Shown: positions 51,953 through 64,000 of the stretch, piece by piece
Position numbering within the stretch: position 1 is the stretch's first letter
Layout: each line of letters starts with the position of its first letter
Assembly: GCA_964016885.1 (NCBI GenBank)
Contig: CAXHJY010000377.1
Location: 24,698-88,697, forward strand
Source: Eledone cirrhosa
Taxonomy: Eukaryota
Direction: 5' to 3'
Length of the DNA stretch: 64,000 nucleotides
Translations under genes and position numbers: made by a program
The notes under the pieces: model-generated
What the model was told of the DNA's origin: nothing
Seen by the model: the letters and a program-made list of their open reading frames with translations, nothing else
Database searches by the model: none

Positions 51953-53086
51953 AAGGTGGGTAAAATTCACGAGATCCATGGACGAGTTCTCTCCAGAGGT
52001 CTCTGTCCCTCATTATCGCTGCCATATCCTGCATCTCCAACAGACCAGTGTCTGTCCTTAGGGCATCAACATCTGTTAACCTTGGTCTTCCTCTTCTAGT
52101 GTGTCCATGTAGGGGCTCCCAAAGGAGCACTGAGTGCAATGTCAACTCTGGATGTCGGTGAGCATGTCCAGCCAACCTCAGTCTTCTCTGTGTCACTTTG
52201 AGCTGACTTTTGGGATGCTCCTATACAGCTCTGAGTTTTTCATCCTCAGTGTATACTGATTAATGTTCAGAGCCATCCTCAGCATTCTCGTGTAGCACCC
52301 ATCCAGCATCTGAGTGAGTCTTTTGGTCAGTGTCCAAGTCTCAGACCCATACAGCAGCACAGACTCCACTACAGCAATGAAGAGGCGGATTTTCAGGTCT
52401 CTACGAAGGTCCGACTTCCACACCGATCTCAAGCTGTGACACGCCGCCCAGGCCTTGCTCTTCCTCTCAACCACATCATCTTCCGTATTCCCAATCTTTG
52501 CTCCCAAATACAGGAAGTCCTCAACCAATTCCAGCGGCTTCCCGCCTACATTAGTGATCCCCTCTGGCTTCTCAACATTCTCTACCAGACATTTTGTTCT
52601 AGTCTCATTCATTCATTCTCAACCCCACACTCATCGACACAGTCTCAACCTCCCGCATCAAATCCTCTGCCTCCTTCACTGTATTTGTCACCAAAACTAT
52701 GTCGTCGGCAAATTCAGCATCCGATACCTTTTTCGCCCCAACTCTCCTGCTCTGAGCCGGTGCTACAGTAAAGCCAGAGTCCTGGTGTTTCTCCAGTGCA
52801 AGGCGCATACAATAGTCCACTACGATGATAAAAAGGTAGGGAGCCAATGTATCTCCAGCCAGTATCTCAAAAAACTCTGTCATCCCATAAGGTGTAATGA
52901 CTTGGGCTTTGGTGTTGGTGTAGAGCAGTGATATCAGGTCCACTATCCTCTTGGGGATTCCATAAGCCTGTAAGATCTTCATCAGGCAGTAACGGTCCAC
53001 AGAATCAAAGGCCTTCCTAAAGTCAATGAAAACCATGACCGCAGGAAGGCACTTTGCTCTAGCTCCCTCTAATATCCTCCTCAGCA
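51953..53086 (-). mobile_element. 5'-truncated RTE-group LINE (RT region, frameshifted)
   Basis: FIDFRKAFDSV, GDTLAPYLF, EFADD, FLYLG, LLYGSETW, RRLRLAGH across three frames. Ends in a (TAGA)n tail. Confidence 0.9.
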
Positions 53087-53353
53087 TATATATATATATA
53101 TATATATCAAAGGTATATATTGCGTTAAAAACTCAAAATAGTCTCTTACAAAAGAGATTTTTCCGAGCCGTATATTATAATTCAATATAAAAGACAAACG
53201 AACACAGCTATATACATATATGTATTCAAATTGTAAGGGACCAGATTCGCTAAGGTGAAAAGAATACTAACTATAGACAATAGGGTTTGCCAGACTCAAT
53301 TTAAGAATAAATCAAGAAAATAAATACAACCGGAATTGTGGTAAGTACCAATC

Positions 53354-53429
53354 ACCCAGACAGCTTTGGTAATGTTGTTTCGCAAAATTAATTGTGAAGA
53401 GGAATACCAATTCTTGCTCATCAGTGGAT
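53354..53429 (-). ncRNA. Type-I hammerhead ribozyme motif
   Basis: ATCCA-CTGATGA-GCAAGAATTG..CAATTAATTTTGC-GAAA-CAAC..GCTG-TC-TGGGT. GUC triplet. Confidence 0.8.
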
Positions 53430-53834
53430 CAAGAATTAGTATCCTGGACACTTCTAAGTATATTAAAATACTGAATAGTGTGCGTATATATAATAACGCG
53501 GTCTGTGTGATTGGTAGTTACCACAATTCCGGTTTGAATTTTTTTTCTTGATTTATTCTTAAATTGAGGCTGGCTACGCTATCGTCTATATTTAGTATTC
53601 TTTTCACCTTACCGAATCTGGTCCCTTCTTTTTTTTCAGCTGGTAATCTTTTTTTTTTTTTTTCGTTTTAATAATAAATTCGTCTGTTGGGACATTATAT
53701 TTAATTTACTTTTATGAAATAGTGTTTATTTTTTTATAATTTTGAGGACAACAGTATATATGAATTAGAACTTTTGGAGTAGGACAATGGGATTGATGAG
53801 TTAATATCTTTATACAACAACTACAACGGTACGA

Positions 53835-55497
53835 GATGGGGCCCACCCACAGCCCCGGCGGAGAGAATGTAGAAGGCGTTTCCCCGGAGGGCGGCTAGAG
53901 AGACGCGCTGGAAAAGCCACTCCAACTCGCGGAGCTCACACCTGCGGTTGGCCAGCTCGGCGCCTATTGTGGTGAGTAAGGAGGTAACCTGGGACCGAGG
54001 ACACCAGAAGTCTCCACTGCTAGGGGTACGACCGCAAACCTGTCGTAGAGCGAGTGGTATTTGAGGAGTTTGGCCCCCTCAGCCCGACGTGCAGCAGAAC
54101 CTGGGTCAATCGCAGACAGCACCAGGTTGCGGCTGCAGAAAGTGTCGGTGCAAGCGGCATCCCAGACGAGGAGTTTGCCACCGCGGAACGGGAAGTTGGT
54201 CATGCCATCTGGCTTTTTGCCGTCCCCTCGATCCAGCACCACCGGCTCGAGCTGGGAAGCGAAGCGTGCAGCATCCAAGCCATGCTTTATGACCTCGTTG
54301 AGGGCAGCATGGCGTAGAATGCGGCCGGTACTGTGGAGACAGGAAGGCGGGTGGAGGCCCAAAGATTCCAGGGCGGAACCGCAGCGACATTGGTGTGGCT
54401 GGCAGATCCGGAGGCCGAGCCTCAAAGAAACGCTGATGCGCAGACTATGGTTGTCTAGCTGCGTGCCAGTGGAGAAGGAGGGAAGGGCATGGAGCCAGGT
54501 ACCACTGTGGGGTGTGGAGGCTGCACGAAAACAAGCAAGGCGGTGCTGATCGAGCTGGCACGTGAGCTTGTCTGAGGCCAGGCTGCACTGGATGGCATCC
54601 CAAGTGCATTGGGGGGATTTGATGTCAACAGGGGGAGCAGGAGGAGGGACGTCTACTCGGCTAAGTCCCAGCCGGTCCCACGCCTCACAGGCGGCCTCAC
54701 GTTCACTGAACACAGAGTGTTCAGTTGTGTTTTGAATAACCCTGCTGACGAAGACGCGGCACGAGGTTACCGGCGAAATATACGCCGGCAAAGCTAGTGA
54801 GATCGGGGACCTTAGGCCAAGGCCGCAATACCTGACAGGTAAAGTGGCCTGTTGCCACCCTATGTCATCAAACTTGACGTTGCATATCACCTTGGCTGCT
54901 GCTCGGATACAAGTACCGAGGTCAGCGAGGAGAGCTGTCTGGGTGTAACACGGAGCGCTGCGGAGTGTATAGAGGAGCTTCGGCATGGTAAAGCAGTTCC
55001 TCAGCAGAAAGAGAGCTGGATGGCCGTCAATCAAGCCCATTCGGCACGTGAGATTCTGGAGCTGTTGATGCCTGGAACTGATGGTGGAGCGGATGGCCGG
55101 CGGGTGGATCGGTGACTCGAGGATGAGAACATCCTCTTTGGGGTTCACCTGAACCTGGCGGAGAATGGACCGGACGTCCAAGACGGAGGCTGCAAGGCTC
55201 GCAGCATCGAGGCTCACATTCACCACCTCCGACTTGGCTGAGTTGACCTGGAGGCCGATTCCCGCCAGGGCAGGAACCACCGATTGAAGGTCATGGCAGA
55301 CCGTCCGTTCGGGCCCGCCCAACGTAGCATCATCCAGATTCCAAACGTTGAGAGGGGCCGTGATACTCCGGGCGATGTGGTTAATACCAAGGGCGAACAG
55401 GAGGGGGTCCAAAGGGTCGCCCTGTTGGACACCAGTAGCCGAGAGTATGACCGTATCAGCAGTAAGGAGAATGCTCGGGGCTACATTACGATTTGAA
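53835..55497 (-). mobile_element. 5'-truncated CRE-clade LINE (RT C-terminal half + RLE endonuclease)
   Basis: 512-aa frame with [29 protein letters not shown], zinc knuckle CRCG..H, RHAALN, EP...GDGKKPDG, LVWD, PLAVETSG. Frameshift near the 3' end. Truncated against (AT)n. Confidence 0.9.
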
Positions 55498-55528
55498 CAC
55501 ATGTATGTATATATCTATGTTCGTTTTT

Positions 55529-55568
<40 letters not shown>

Positions 55569-55588
55569 TATATATATATATATATACA

Positions 55589-55644
<56 letters not shown>

Positions 55645-55784
55645 ATATATATGTATATGTGTATATATATGTGTGTACATGTATATATGTATATATATAT
55701 ATATATATATGTATATATAAGTACATATGTATATGTGTGTTTGTGTGTGTATGTGTGTGTGTATGTGTGTGTGTGTGAGTGAAT

Positions 55785-56046
55785 GTAGCGAAGAAAATAC
55801 GTCAGCAATGCCGTGTACGTCAGAATCTCGTTATGCACACAGCAGACATACAGACAGATATTCTAAGGGCTCGACGGAGATCGATAAGCGGCGACTAACA
55901 TCCCTTTAACAACAGTTAGTACATTTAGACCACAAGGAAGATATAAATGCAAGTATGAAGTCAATCCGAATAGAAATGTGGATTTGTATAGACTTTGCAA
56001 AAATGAGGCGACACACACAGACAACAACAGTTTTATATATAGAGAT
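55785..56046 (+). mobile_element. Helentron/HINE-like element 3' part
   Basis: AAGTATGAAGTCAATCCG..GTGGATTTGTATAG and terminus CAGACAACAACAGTTTTATATATAGAGAT, similar to 49613-49646. Confidence 0.45.
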
Positions 56047-56223
56047 GACATTTAGCCGAATTCCGAAATGAAAAAAAAAAATGATTGTTATTTTCATAAC
56101 TTACTTTGGACGACAACACTTTATACAAATCAAATTATCCCAATGATTTTTAAGTCAAGGGTTTTATATCTATATATCTCTACATATCTCCGCTCCCTCT
56201 CTGTCTCTGTCTCTGCCTGTATG

Positions 56224-56290
<67 letters not shown>

Positions 56291-57054
56291 GCGAGAGGAG
56301 AGAGAGAGAGAGACAGGGAGAAAGGTAGAGAGAGAAAGAGAGAGGGATAGAGGGAGTGAGATAAAACCTCGACAAATGTACTTCATTAGAAATCCATCGA
56401 TCTTTGAGTAATGAAAAGAAAATTTGATATCGGTAGAACAAGAATTCTGGGCGCAAGCAGATGAAAGAGCATCTGCAAGTCATGAGTCATTTGTAATCAC
56501 TAAATATGGTGATGTAATAGAGGTATTATCATTCTGATTGTAACTATTAAAATTGAAGGCCAAGTAGTCAAGCTGGATACAGAGATTACTTAATTCCAAT
56601 AGAAACTTGTTACAGTAATTGCAGGGTTATTGACAACTAACATTTTTCTGACGCATTTATAGAATCACAAAATATAATTGTTAAATTTAGCACCTGTGGT
56701 AAAGAAATGAAATTACTTCATTCTTCCACAACCATTATCTTAATTTATAAGATTATTTTAATAGTTCTTTATATAATATACATAATGATTTAGTGATAGC
56801 TTACATCGGTGCTTTCCTTGCCTATTGGTAATAATTATCTTTACAGAGATAGTCGTAAATGTTCTTACCCTAGAAATGTAATTGTCCGACACTAACTGTT
56901 GTATTTTCTGCGTAATTCATTGTCATATTAACAGTTTCAGCATGTGCTTTATAATCGTTGTATAAGTTCAATTAACTGGAAACTAAATTCCTTGTAAAAA
57001 GTTCAGATTAGCTGCTAACATTTAACTTCATTATACAATTGACTATATATATAT

Positions 57055-57108
<54 letters not shown>

Positions 57109-57170
57109 GATGAGATCGAAAATGCAACTGAAGTCTTATTTTTCTTTTAAATATATATATATATTTGGTT

Positions 57171-57208
57171 CCTTTACCGGTTTCGCAGTTCTTCTGCTTT
57201 TCAAAAGG
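57171..57208 (-). ncRNA. Minimal 38-nt hammerhead ribozyme, U3-A8 core variant
   Basis: CCTT-TTGAAAA-GCAG-AAGAA-CTGC-GAAA-CCGG-TA-AAGG. Confidence 0.8.
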
Positions 57209-59322
57209 TGAGTTGAGATGGAGGGTCTGTGGTTTTTCTCACATCTGGTTGGTCTGTGAATGTTAGTTGTTTTATATGGAGAAAGTGGCTCGAAATGCCA
57301 CGTTTTTCGAGAAGTAATTTGATTGGTTTGTCAATAATTATAATAAATTTCGCGCCAATTCGCGTTACAATAGTTCTTCAAATAAGAGGGGGGTTGTCAC
57401 AGGTTGTTTTGTCATATATGAGTATTTGAATTTCTTTTTACTTGAAAAAAGGGGCTCACGAAGGCTTTTTTGGGGTTGGTTATAAATGAAATTATGGCTG
57501 TCACGTGAACAAGTTTTCATCAAATTTTCGTGCCCTTATTTGGAAATCCATTCTGTAGCCTTTTTAGAGAATTTTATGATAAGTGAAAGATAATGGTCAA
57601 GAGAAAGGGATGGGAGAATTGTTCTGGTTCAGTGAATATGGTTAGTTCGCTGGGGTGTCAGAATTCAGATTTTCTATTGAATAAAGACAGTAAAGATATG
57701 TATGTTTACTTGTGTGATTGTGTGTGTGTGCGTGTGTGTGTGTGTTGTGTGTGTGTGTGTTTGAATTTCTTTACTTAAAAAAGGTGGCTCACGAAGGCTT
57801 TTTTTTAATAAACGTGATTTGATTGGTTATAAATGAAATTTCGCTGTCACGTGAACAAGTTTTCATTACATTTTTGCGCCCTTATTTGGAAATCTATTCT
57901 GTAGCCTTATAGAGAATGTTATGACAAGGGAAAGATAGTGGTCAAGAGAAATGGGATTGGGAGAATTGTTCTGGTTCAATGAATATAGTTAGTTCGCTGG
58001 GGTGTCAGAGTTCAAATTTTCTATTGAAGTAAAGATCTGGATGTTTATTTGTGTGCTTGTGTGTGTGTGTGTGTGTGAGAGTGTATGTGTGTATTGGAAG
58101 ATTATTGTATTAGTAGAAATGGGGGAGGGAGTTGTGTGTGTATATGGGTGTTATGTGTGTGTGTGCGAGTATGTTAACATGGAGAGAATATATATTTTGT
58201 GTGTGTGTATATATGTGTGTAGGAAAGTGGTTCTATTAGTAGAAATGGGGGAGGGAGTTGGGGTGTGGGGGTCGGTATGTGTGTGTGTGGGAGTACGGTT
58301 AGCATGTTAAGATGAAGAGAATATATATATATATATTGTGTGTGTGTGTAGGAAAATGATTCCTTTAGTAGGAATATTTTTGAATGAACATATTTTCCTT
58401 ACTTATTCGTATTTGTTCTGTTGTATTGTCAGTGTAAACGTATGTTAAGGTTTATTTAGTTCGGGTCTTTATTTTCTAAAGTAGAAGGTGTTATGTGTGT
58501 GTGTATGTCATATTATGGTGTTGACATAATGTATATTAAACCATATTTAATGCTCGTCTATATTTTTGAATAAACATATTTTCCTTATTTTTTCGTATTT
58601 GTTCTGTTGTATTGTTAGCGCAAAGGTAAAATGGGAAGACTTGGAATTTGGGTGTCTTATTACGTGCGCAAATGTCTAGATGTGCACTTAGTGGTATCTG
58701 TCTCGTGGTTGGATCTCGTAATTGTTGGCGATGAACTGTCATTCTGTTTCTGAGTGTGAGTTTAGTTTGTCCTATATAATCTTCATTGCATCCTTTACAT
58801 TTAATGGCATAAACTACATTTTTTGATGAGCAAGTGAAGTGATTTTTTACAGTAATATTTTGTCCTGATTTAAATGTATACGCGAACTAACCATATTCAC
58901 TGAACCAGAACAATTCTCCCATCCCTTTCTCTTGACCATTATCTTTCACTTATCATAAAATTCTCTAAAAAGGCTACAGAATGGATTTCCAAATAAAGGC
59001 ACGAAAATTTGATGAAAACTTGTTCACGTGACAGCCATAATTTCATTTATAACCAACCAAAAAAAGCCTTCGTGAGCCCCTTTTTTCAAGTAAAAAGAAA
59101 TTCAAACACTCATATATGAAAAAACAACCTGTGACAACCCCCCTCTTATTTGAAGAACTATTGTAACGCGAACTGGCGCGTAATTTATTATAATTATTGA
59201 CAAACCAATCAAATTACTTCTCGAAAAACGTGGCATTTCGAGCCACATTCTCCATATAATGCAAGTAACATTCAGAGACCAACCAGATGTGAGAAAAACC
59301 ACAGACCCTCCATCTCAATTCA

Positions 59323-59360
59323 CCTTTTGAAAAGCAGAAGAACTGCGAAACCGGTAAAGG
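59323..59360 (+). ncRNA. Minimal 38-nt hammerhead ribozyme, U3-A8 core variant (inverted copy)
   Basis: Identical to the reverse complement of 57171-57208. Confidence 0.8.
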
Positions 59361-59611
59361 AACCAAATATATATATATATATTTTTTTTAAATAAGACTC
59401 CAGTTGCATTTTCGATTTCATCTCTTTTTCTTTATACTCGTGTTGGACACCTCGGCTATTTTTCATTTTGTAAAAAAAACCTCACTTTCTAATATATATA
59501 TATATATTATAAAGTAATAATCATAAATTTGAAGACTGAAATCCAAAGAGGGCTCGATAAATATAGATATATATGATAGGCGATTCTTTGCTGAAACTCT
59601 AATATGTTATA

Positions 59612-59683
<72 letters not shown>

Positions 59684-59699
59684 AAAACGGCGAAAGAGA

Positions 59700-61678
59700 C
59701 GATTATCAGGAAGAAAACAATATTTTTTTCCCTTTTTTTTTGTCTCTCTCTCTCTCTTTTCTGGGTTAGAAAATGATTAAAACGAAATGTTTTACTTTGT
59801 GTGAAGTGTTAAGCTATTAGTTGATTTATTTATTATTTAACAATATCATTTATTTATCTATTTATATATTTAATTATTGTCTATTACCGGTTTCCGCATT
59901 TTTATGCATTATCAAATGATAGTGAAATGCATTAGTGTGGTGTCGCATATGTTAAACAGAAGGTGCAGAAAGAATAATGTTCTTTACAAACAAGGTTTAT
60001 TTAGGTGAAAAGAAAAAAGAAAAAGGAAAAAAAAACTTGCATTTTGTAGAACATAAAAAGTCAATGTGGGAGAAAAAATAATGTTATTTACAAGCAAAGA
60101 CATTGAAGTTAAGCAGATCAAAATGTGTTAATATAGCAAGAGTGCTTCTGTTGATCCATGATTCCGTGATGGAGGCAAATGGTGGACTGAGGTTTGATAT
60201 GATTTCTCTTTTTAGAGAGTTAATATGCAGGGCAAGCAATTCTTGCTGGATGATATTTAATTTATTTAAGAAAAAGGATTAGGTAGGGTGTGAGGGAGGT
60301 AACTCTTGTAAATGTTTGATTATTTGTTGCAGTTTTAGATTGGTTCGATTTTTAGACCATTAAGTAGGGGTTGGAATTTACTAATGAAATGTTTCCTTAT
60401 TGGTACGTTGGATGAAAGTAGCGTTGTCTATGAATTTGTAAATGGGGAACATTTTAAAGTTTGAATGTTGGTTGTGAGCACAATTGGCGATATGTTCACT
60501 AAATGTAATCTTTCTGTATTCCTGTATTTTAATTTGTGATTTATGGACGGTCATACGTTGACGGAGGCTGTTTTTTGTCTGTCCTATGTAGTGCTCTTGA
60601 CAATATGAGCAGGTCAAAACATAGATAAGGTTTTCAGATGCACATGTAAAGTTGTGTTTAACTGTGAAATGCTGTCCTTGTTTAAAATAGAATGTTGAAC
60701 TTTCTATTAGATTTATGCATATGACACAGTCGAGCCTTCTACATTTTGTTACTGTAGGGTTCATTGTGAGGGTTTGTTGGTTTTGGCTTGTGTGAGGATG
60801 TTTTTTTATGGATTTAGGTTGCCTTTTGCTCTTTATAATGTTGTGTGTTTGGAGGATTTTGTTCATTCTTGGGTCTCTTTTTAGTAAAGGAATGTTCTGG
60901 AGGATGGTGTCGAATGCCTCATTGTTGAGGGGTTGTGTGTGGAGATGTATGGTAGAGTTTTTTGTTGCGGTTCATTCCTGGTTTTGGGGTGTCTGAGTTC
61001 CTGGATGTCTAGTTTTAGGGCACGTTGGAATCCATTGGTGATTAGGGATCGTGGGTAGTTTCTGCTGATAAGTGTGTTTTTTAATTCTTCTAGTCGTGTG
61101 TAGCATGTTTATCTGAAACTATTGTGCAGATCCTTCTGGCTAGGTTATAAGGAATTGCCATTTTGGTGTGTCTAGGGTGGCACGAGTTGAATGGAAGGTA
61201 TTGTTTGGAGTCTGTGGGTTTGTAGTATATGTCTGTTTCTATTTTGTTGTTTGTTTTCTTGATGAGGATGTCGAGGAAAGGGAGTTGTTCATGGCTGTAA
61301 TCCATTGTGAATTGTAAGTTTGTGTTGAGTTCATTCAGAAGGGTTTTAAACTCAAACAGTTTATCTATACTTTCATGCCAGAGGATGAAGCAGTCGTCCA
61401 GATATCTCTTCAATTCTTTTCTATGTGTTGGTAGAAGTGTTTGCCGTATTTGTCTAGAACTTTGCGGTAGAGAATGGTTTCAAAATATCCCATGACAAGG
61501 TTGGCGTATGAGGGCGCCACTTTCGTGCCCATGGCAGTCCCAAATTTCTGTCTGTAGTATTTGGCATTGAATTCGAAGAAATTCTTTTCCAAGATGAATT
61601 TGAGTCCCTCAAACACAAATTCTTTAGGGATGCGCTGTGGGAGTTCACTAGGGAAATTTTCCATCCAGAATTGTATTA
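59700..61678 (-). mobile_element. Penelope-like element (Neptune-type RT + Cys-rich linker + GIY-YIG), 5'-truncated, with 3' UTR
   Basis: GTAMGTKVAPSYANL, RYLDDCF, LPFLD, YYKPTDSKQYL..SCHP, KCRRLDCVIC, NLIYVLTC..C..YIGQT. Hammerhead-like motif in the 3' UTR. Confidence 0.92.
59881..59922 (-). ncRNA. Hammerhead motif, U3-A8 variant, imperfect stem I
   Basis: CTATCAT-TTGATAA-TGCAT-AAAA-ATGCG-GAAA-CCGG-TA-ATAG in the 3' UTR of the PLE at 59700-61678. Confidence 0.6.
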
Positions 61679-61759
61679 CCTACGTTGTGTGGGATATCGG
61701 AATATATATCGCTTTTGTGTATCTTAGGGATACCGTAGAAGAGGCTGGTTCTGATAGTA

Positions 61760-62512
61760 AGAGACAAGTACATGATATCTGTAAGCTTAAGCTTGGTGAA
61801 TTCAAGGACGAGCGACACGGACCATCATACATGGGTGAGATGTGAGCGAGAAAAGGATTTCACACAGGTCAAACGGGAGGAAGTGAGAGAGGGCGGAGAA
61901 GCATTGAGTGAGTGGAATTGTGAGGAAGAGACCAGCCGAGAGAGAGTGAGACTGGCAGAGGGGGTAAAAAAAGGTGAGAGATACAGAGAGAGAGGGGAAG
62001 CAGTAAGAAAAAAACAGACAATCGCAGCTAAGGAAAAAATATAAATATGAGAAAAATGGAGTCCTGCGTGGTTGCACATAGGTTACATATGAATAAAATT
62101 AGTCCTTCATCAGTGATCTTCCAACTTTGATTGGTATTTCATCGCTTTAAAAATCATATACCTCTAGTTGGTGCGAGCAATAATTAAATAAAGTTATTGG
62201 GACAAGTAAAATAGGGTGAAGCGAGCGAGACATGTAAACAAACAACGATGGTATTGCAACGGTAAGGTATGAAGAGACAAGTACATGATATCCGTAAGCT
62301 TAAGCTTGGTGAATTCATGGACGAGAGATACAGACCATCCGACATGGGTGAGATGTGAGCGAGAAAAGGATTTCACACAGATCAAACGGGAGGAAGGGAG
62401 AGAGGGGGAGAAGCAGAGAGTGAGTGAGTGGAAGTGTAAGGAAGATACCAGCCGAAACAGAGTGTAACTGGCAGAGGGGGTAAAAAGAAGGTGTGAGATA
62501 CAGAGAGAGGGG
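61760..62512. repeat. ~240-bp diverged direct repeat (61760-61997 and 62271-62512)
   Basis: Both start AAGAGACAAGTACATGATATC.GTAAGCTTAAGCTTGGTGAATTCA and end GATACAGAGAGAG. Confidence 0.9.
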
Positions 62513-62894
62513 TATATATATATATGTGTGTATGTACACTCCTCATACATGTACACACACTCATATATAAACACTCATACCCATATACTCACATATACAT
62601 ACACACAAACACACACATATATATACACACATACTCACACACACATTCATATATATATATACACATATATAGACATACATAAATATATATATATATACAC
62701 ACACATAAATATATTTCCATATCATACCTAGATATATATTTACTCATGCAATTACGGGTGGTTGTGTACCTTGTTGCCTTTAGTCATTAACGCATAAACC
62801 TAAGGAAGCTAAAACATTAAAAGGTAAAACATAAGCATGATGCATATAATTAGAGGAAAGGGGTACTAATAAATTATAGTGAGTTGCTGTTTAG

Positions 62895-63168
62895 AAAATT
62901 TAATTAGGTTTATAGTATTTAAATGTTCTTAGTATACGGTGATGACAAACTATGGTCAGTTCCTGCCTTTTATTTAATAAATCGTCCTTAGATTTAGTAA
63001 TTTCCAAGATCTCCCCTGAACATAATCTGCATTCCCTCCTGTTCCCAAGATATGGAGTTCTTTGTAGAATGGTGTTCCACGACAACTTGAAATCTATTTT
63101 TTTCTTTTTATAATTATTTACCGCTTCAGCTAAAGATGTGGTGTTAGCTAGTTTAGTATTGTTGAAAC
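62895..63168 (-). mobile_element. Penelope-like element of a different clade, GIY-YIG C-terminal fragment
   Basis: TSLAEAV...LSWNTILQRTPY...CRLCSGEILEI...LLNKRQEL..VCHH. Confidence 0.7.
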
Positions 63169-63196
63169 TACTGGAGTGTGCATAAAATCTGTTTAC

Positions 63197-63308
<112 letters not shown>

Positions 63309-63940
63309 CTTGGGGATGGTCATATTGTTGTAATAATATTGCCAGGAATAATAACAGAACACACTCACAGTTTGGTTGGTTTTCGCTCCTGTATCTTTTA
63401 TATCTCCATGGTTAATTTATTTGGCAATCAATGTTTATCATTGATACAGATATAAATATATATATATAGTCTATCAAATGTCTTTCATTGCACATCTGCA
63501 ACATTATCAGTGGTAATATTGTGTTACGTCCCATTGTATTGTATTGTATATCTACGCCATTTTTATTTTTATTTATTTATTTCTATTTGTCTCTGTCTCT
63601 GCGCATACCGATGCGCGTGTGTATATTGTTTGGTATGTGTGTTTGTGTTTGAGTGTATGTATTTTTGCTTTTGTTTTCTATCTTAGTTTACGAGTGTGTG
63701 TTTATATGTGTTTGTTGTTATTGTACGTGTGTATATATTTATGTATTTATTTATTTACCTTTCCCTTAAGTCAGTATTGTTTGTTTGGGTTATGTTGTTG
63801 TTATTCTATTCGATTTTTCTGTTCAACTTCGGTCTGTTTAGTTCTATCTCAGTTTCTTCTCTGATTTGCCTAACTGTTGAGTCATTTCTATGCTTAGATA
63901 TTATTTTTAATTTCGATATTTCACTATATATATATATATA

Positions 63941-64000
<60 letters not shown>

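Larger units (their letters stand above)
57103..59490 (-). mobile_element. Penelope-like element 3' part (GIY-YIG + UTR) with inverted pseudo-LTR
   Basis: 58540-58878 minus strand: FTCSSKNVVYAIKCKGCNEDYIGQT...RMTVH. About 547-bp inverted repeat 57103-57650 / 58882-59428. Internal tandem duplication 57425-57690 / 57760-58030. Confidence 0.9.

Noticed and set aside
62040-62120. CTGATGA on the minus strand as a hammerhead
   Set aside because: No GAAA after a plausible stem II. The same holds for CTGATGA at about 8965, 19703 and 37740.
63471-63516. Degenerate hammerhead (CTGATAA..TTGCA/TGCAA..GAAA, minus strand)
   Set aside because: Core spacing is off by one and stems I and III do not form convincingly.

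Overview
Repeat-dominated, AT-rich animal genomic DNA. The SINE families and microsatellite density suggest an octopus or related cephalopod (inference). The only intact protein-coding frame is a full-length RTE-clade LINE (ORF 10178-13723: APE endonuclease, reverse transcriptase, three C-terminal C2H2 zinc fingers). The rest is retroelement debris: CRE, R4/Dong-like, CR1-group, other RTE and Penelope-like (PLE) fragments, about 15 copies of a tRNA-derived SINE, a CORE-SINE, Helentron/HINE-like pieces, a probable solo LTR, minisatellites and many microsatellites. Almost every short ORF in the supplied track is microsatellite or antisense noise. The most notable hidden layer is RNA structure. 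Eight minimal type-I hammerhead ribozyme motifs can be read by eye, three with a compensatory U3-A8 core, and most sit in inverted repeats whose boundaries fall inside the ribozyme or at its cleavage site. RTE UTRs carry covarying pseudoknot and hairpin elements shared with internally deleted non-autonomous RTE derivatives. A few phase-compatible small exons hint at a host gene or pseudogene on the + strand (low confidence). All structures were folded by eye and no search or computation was run.
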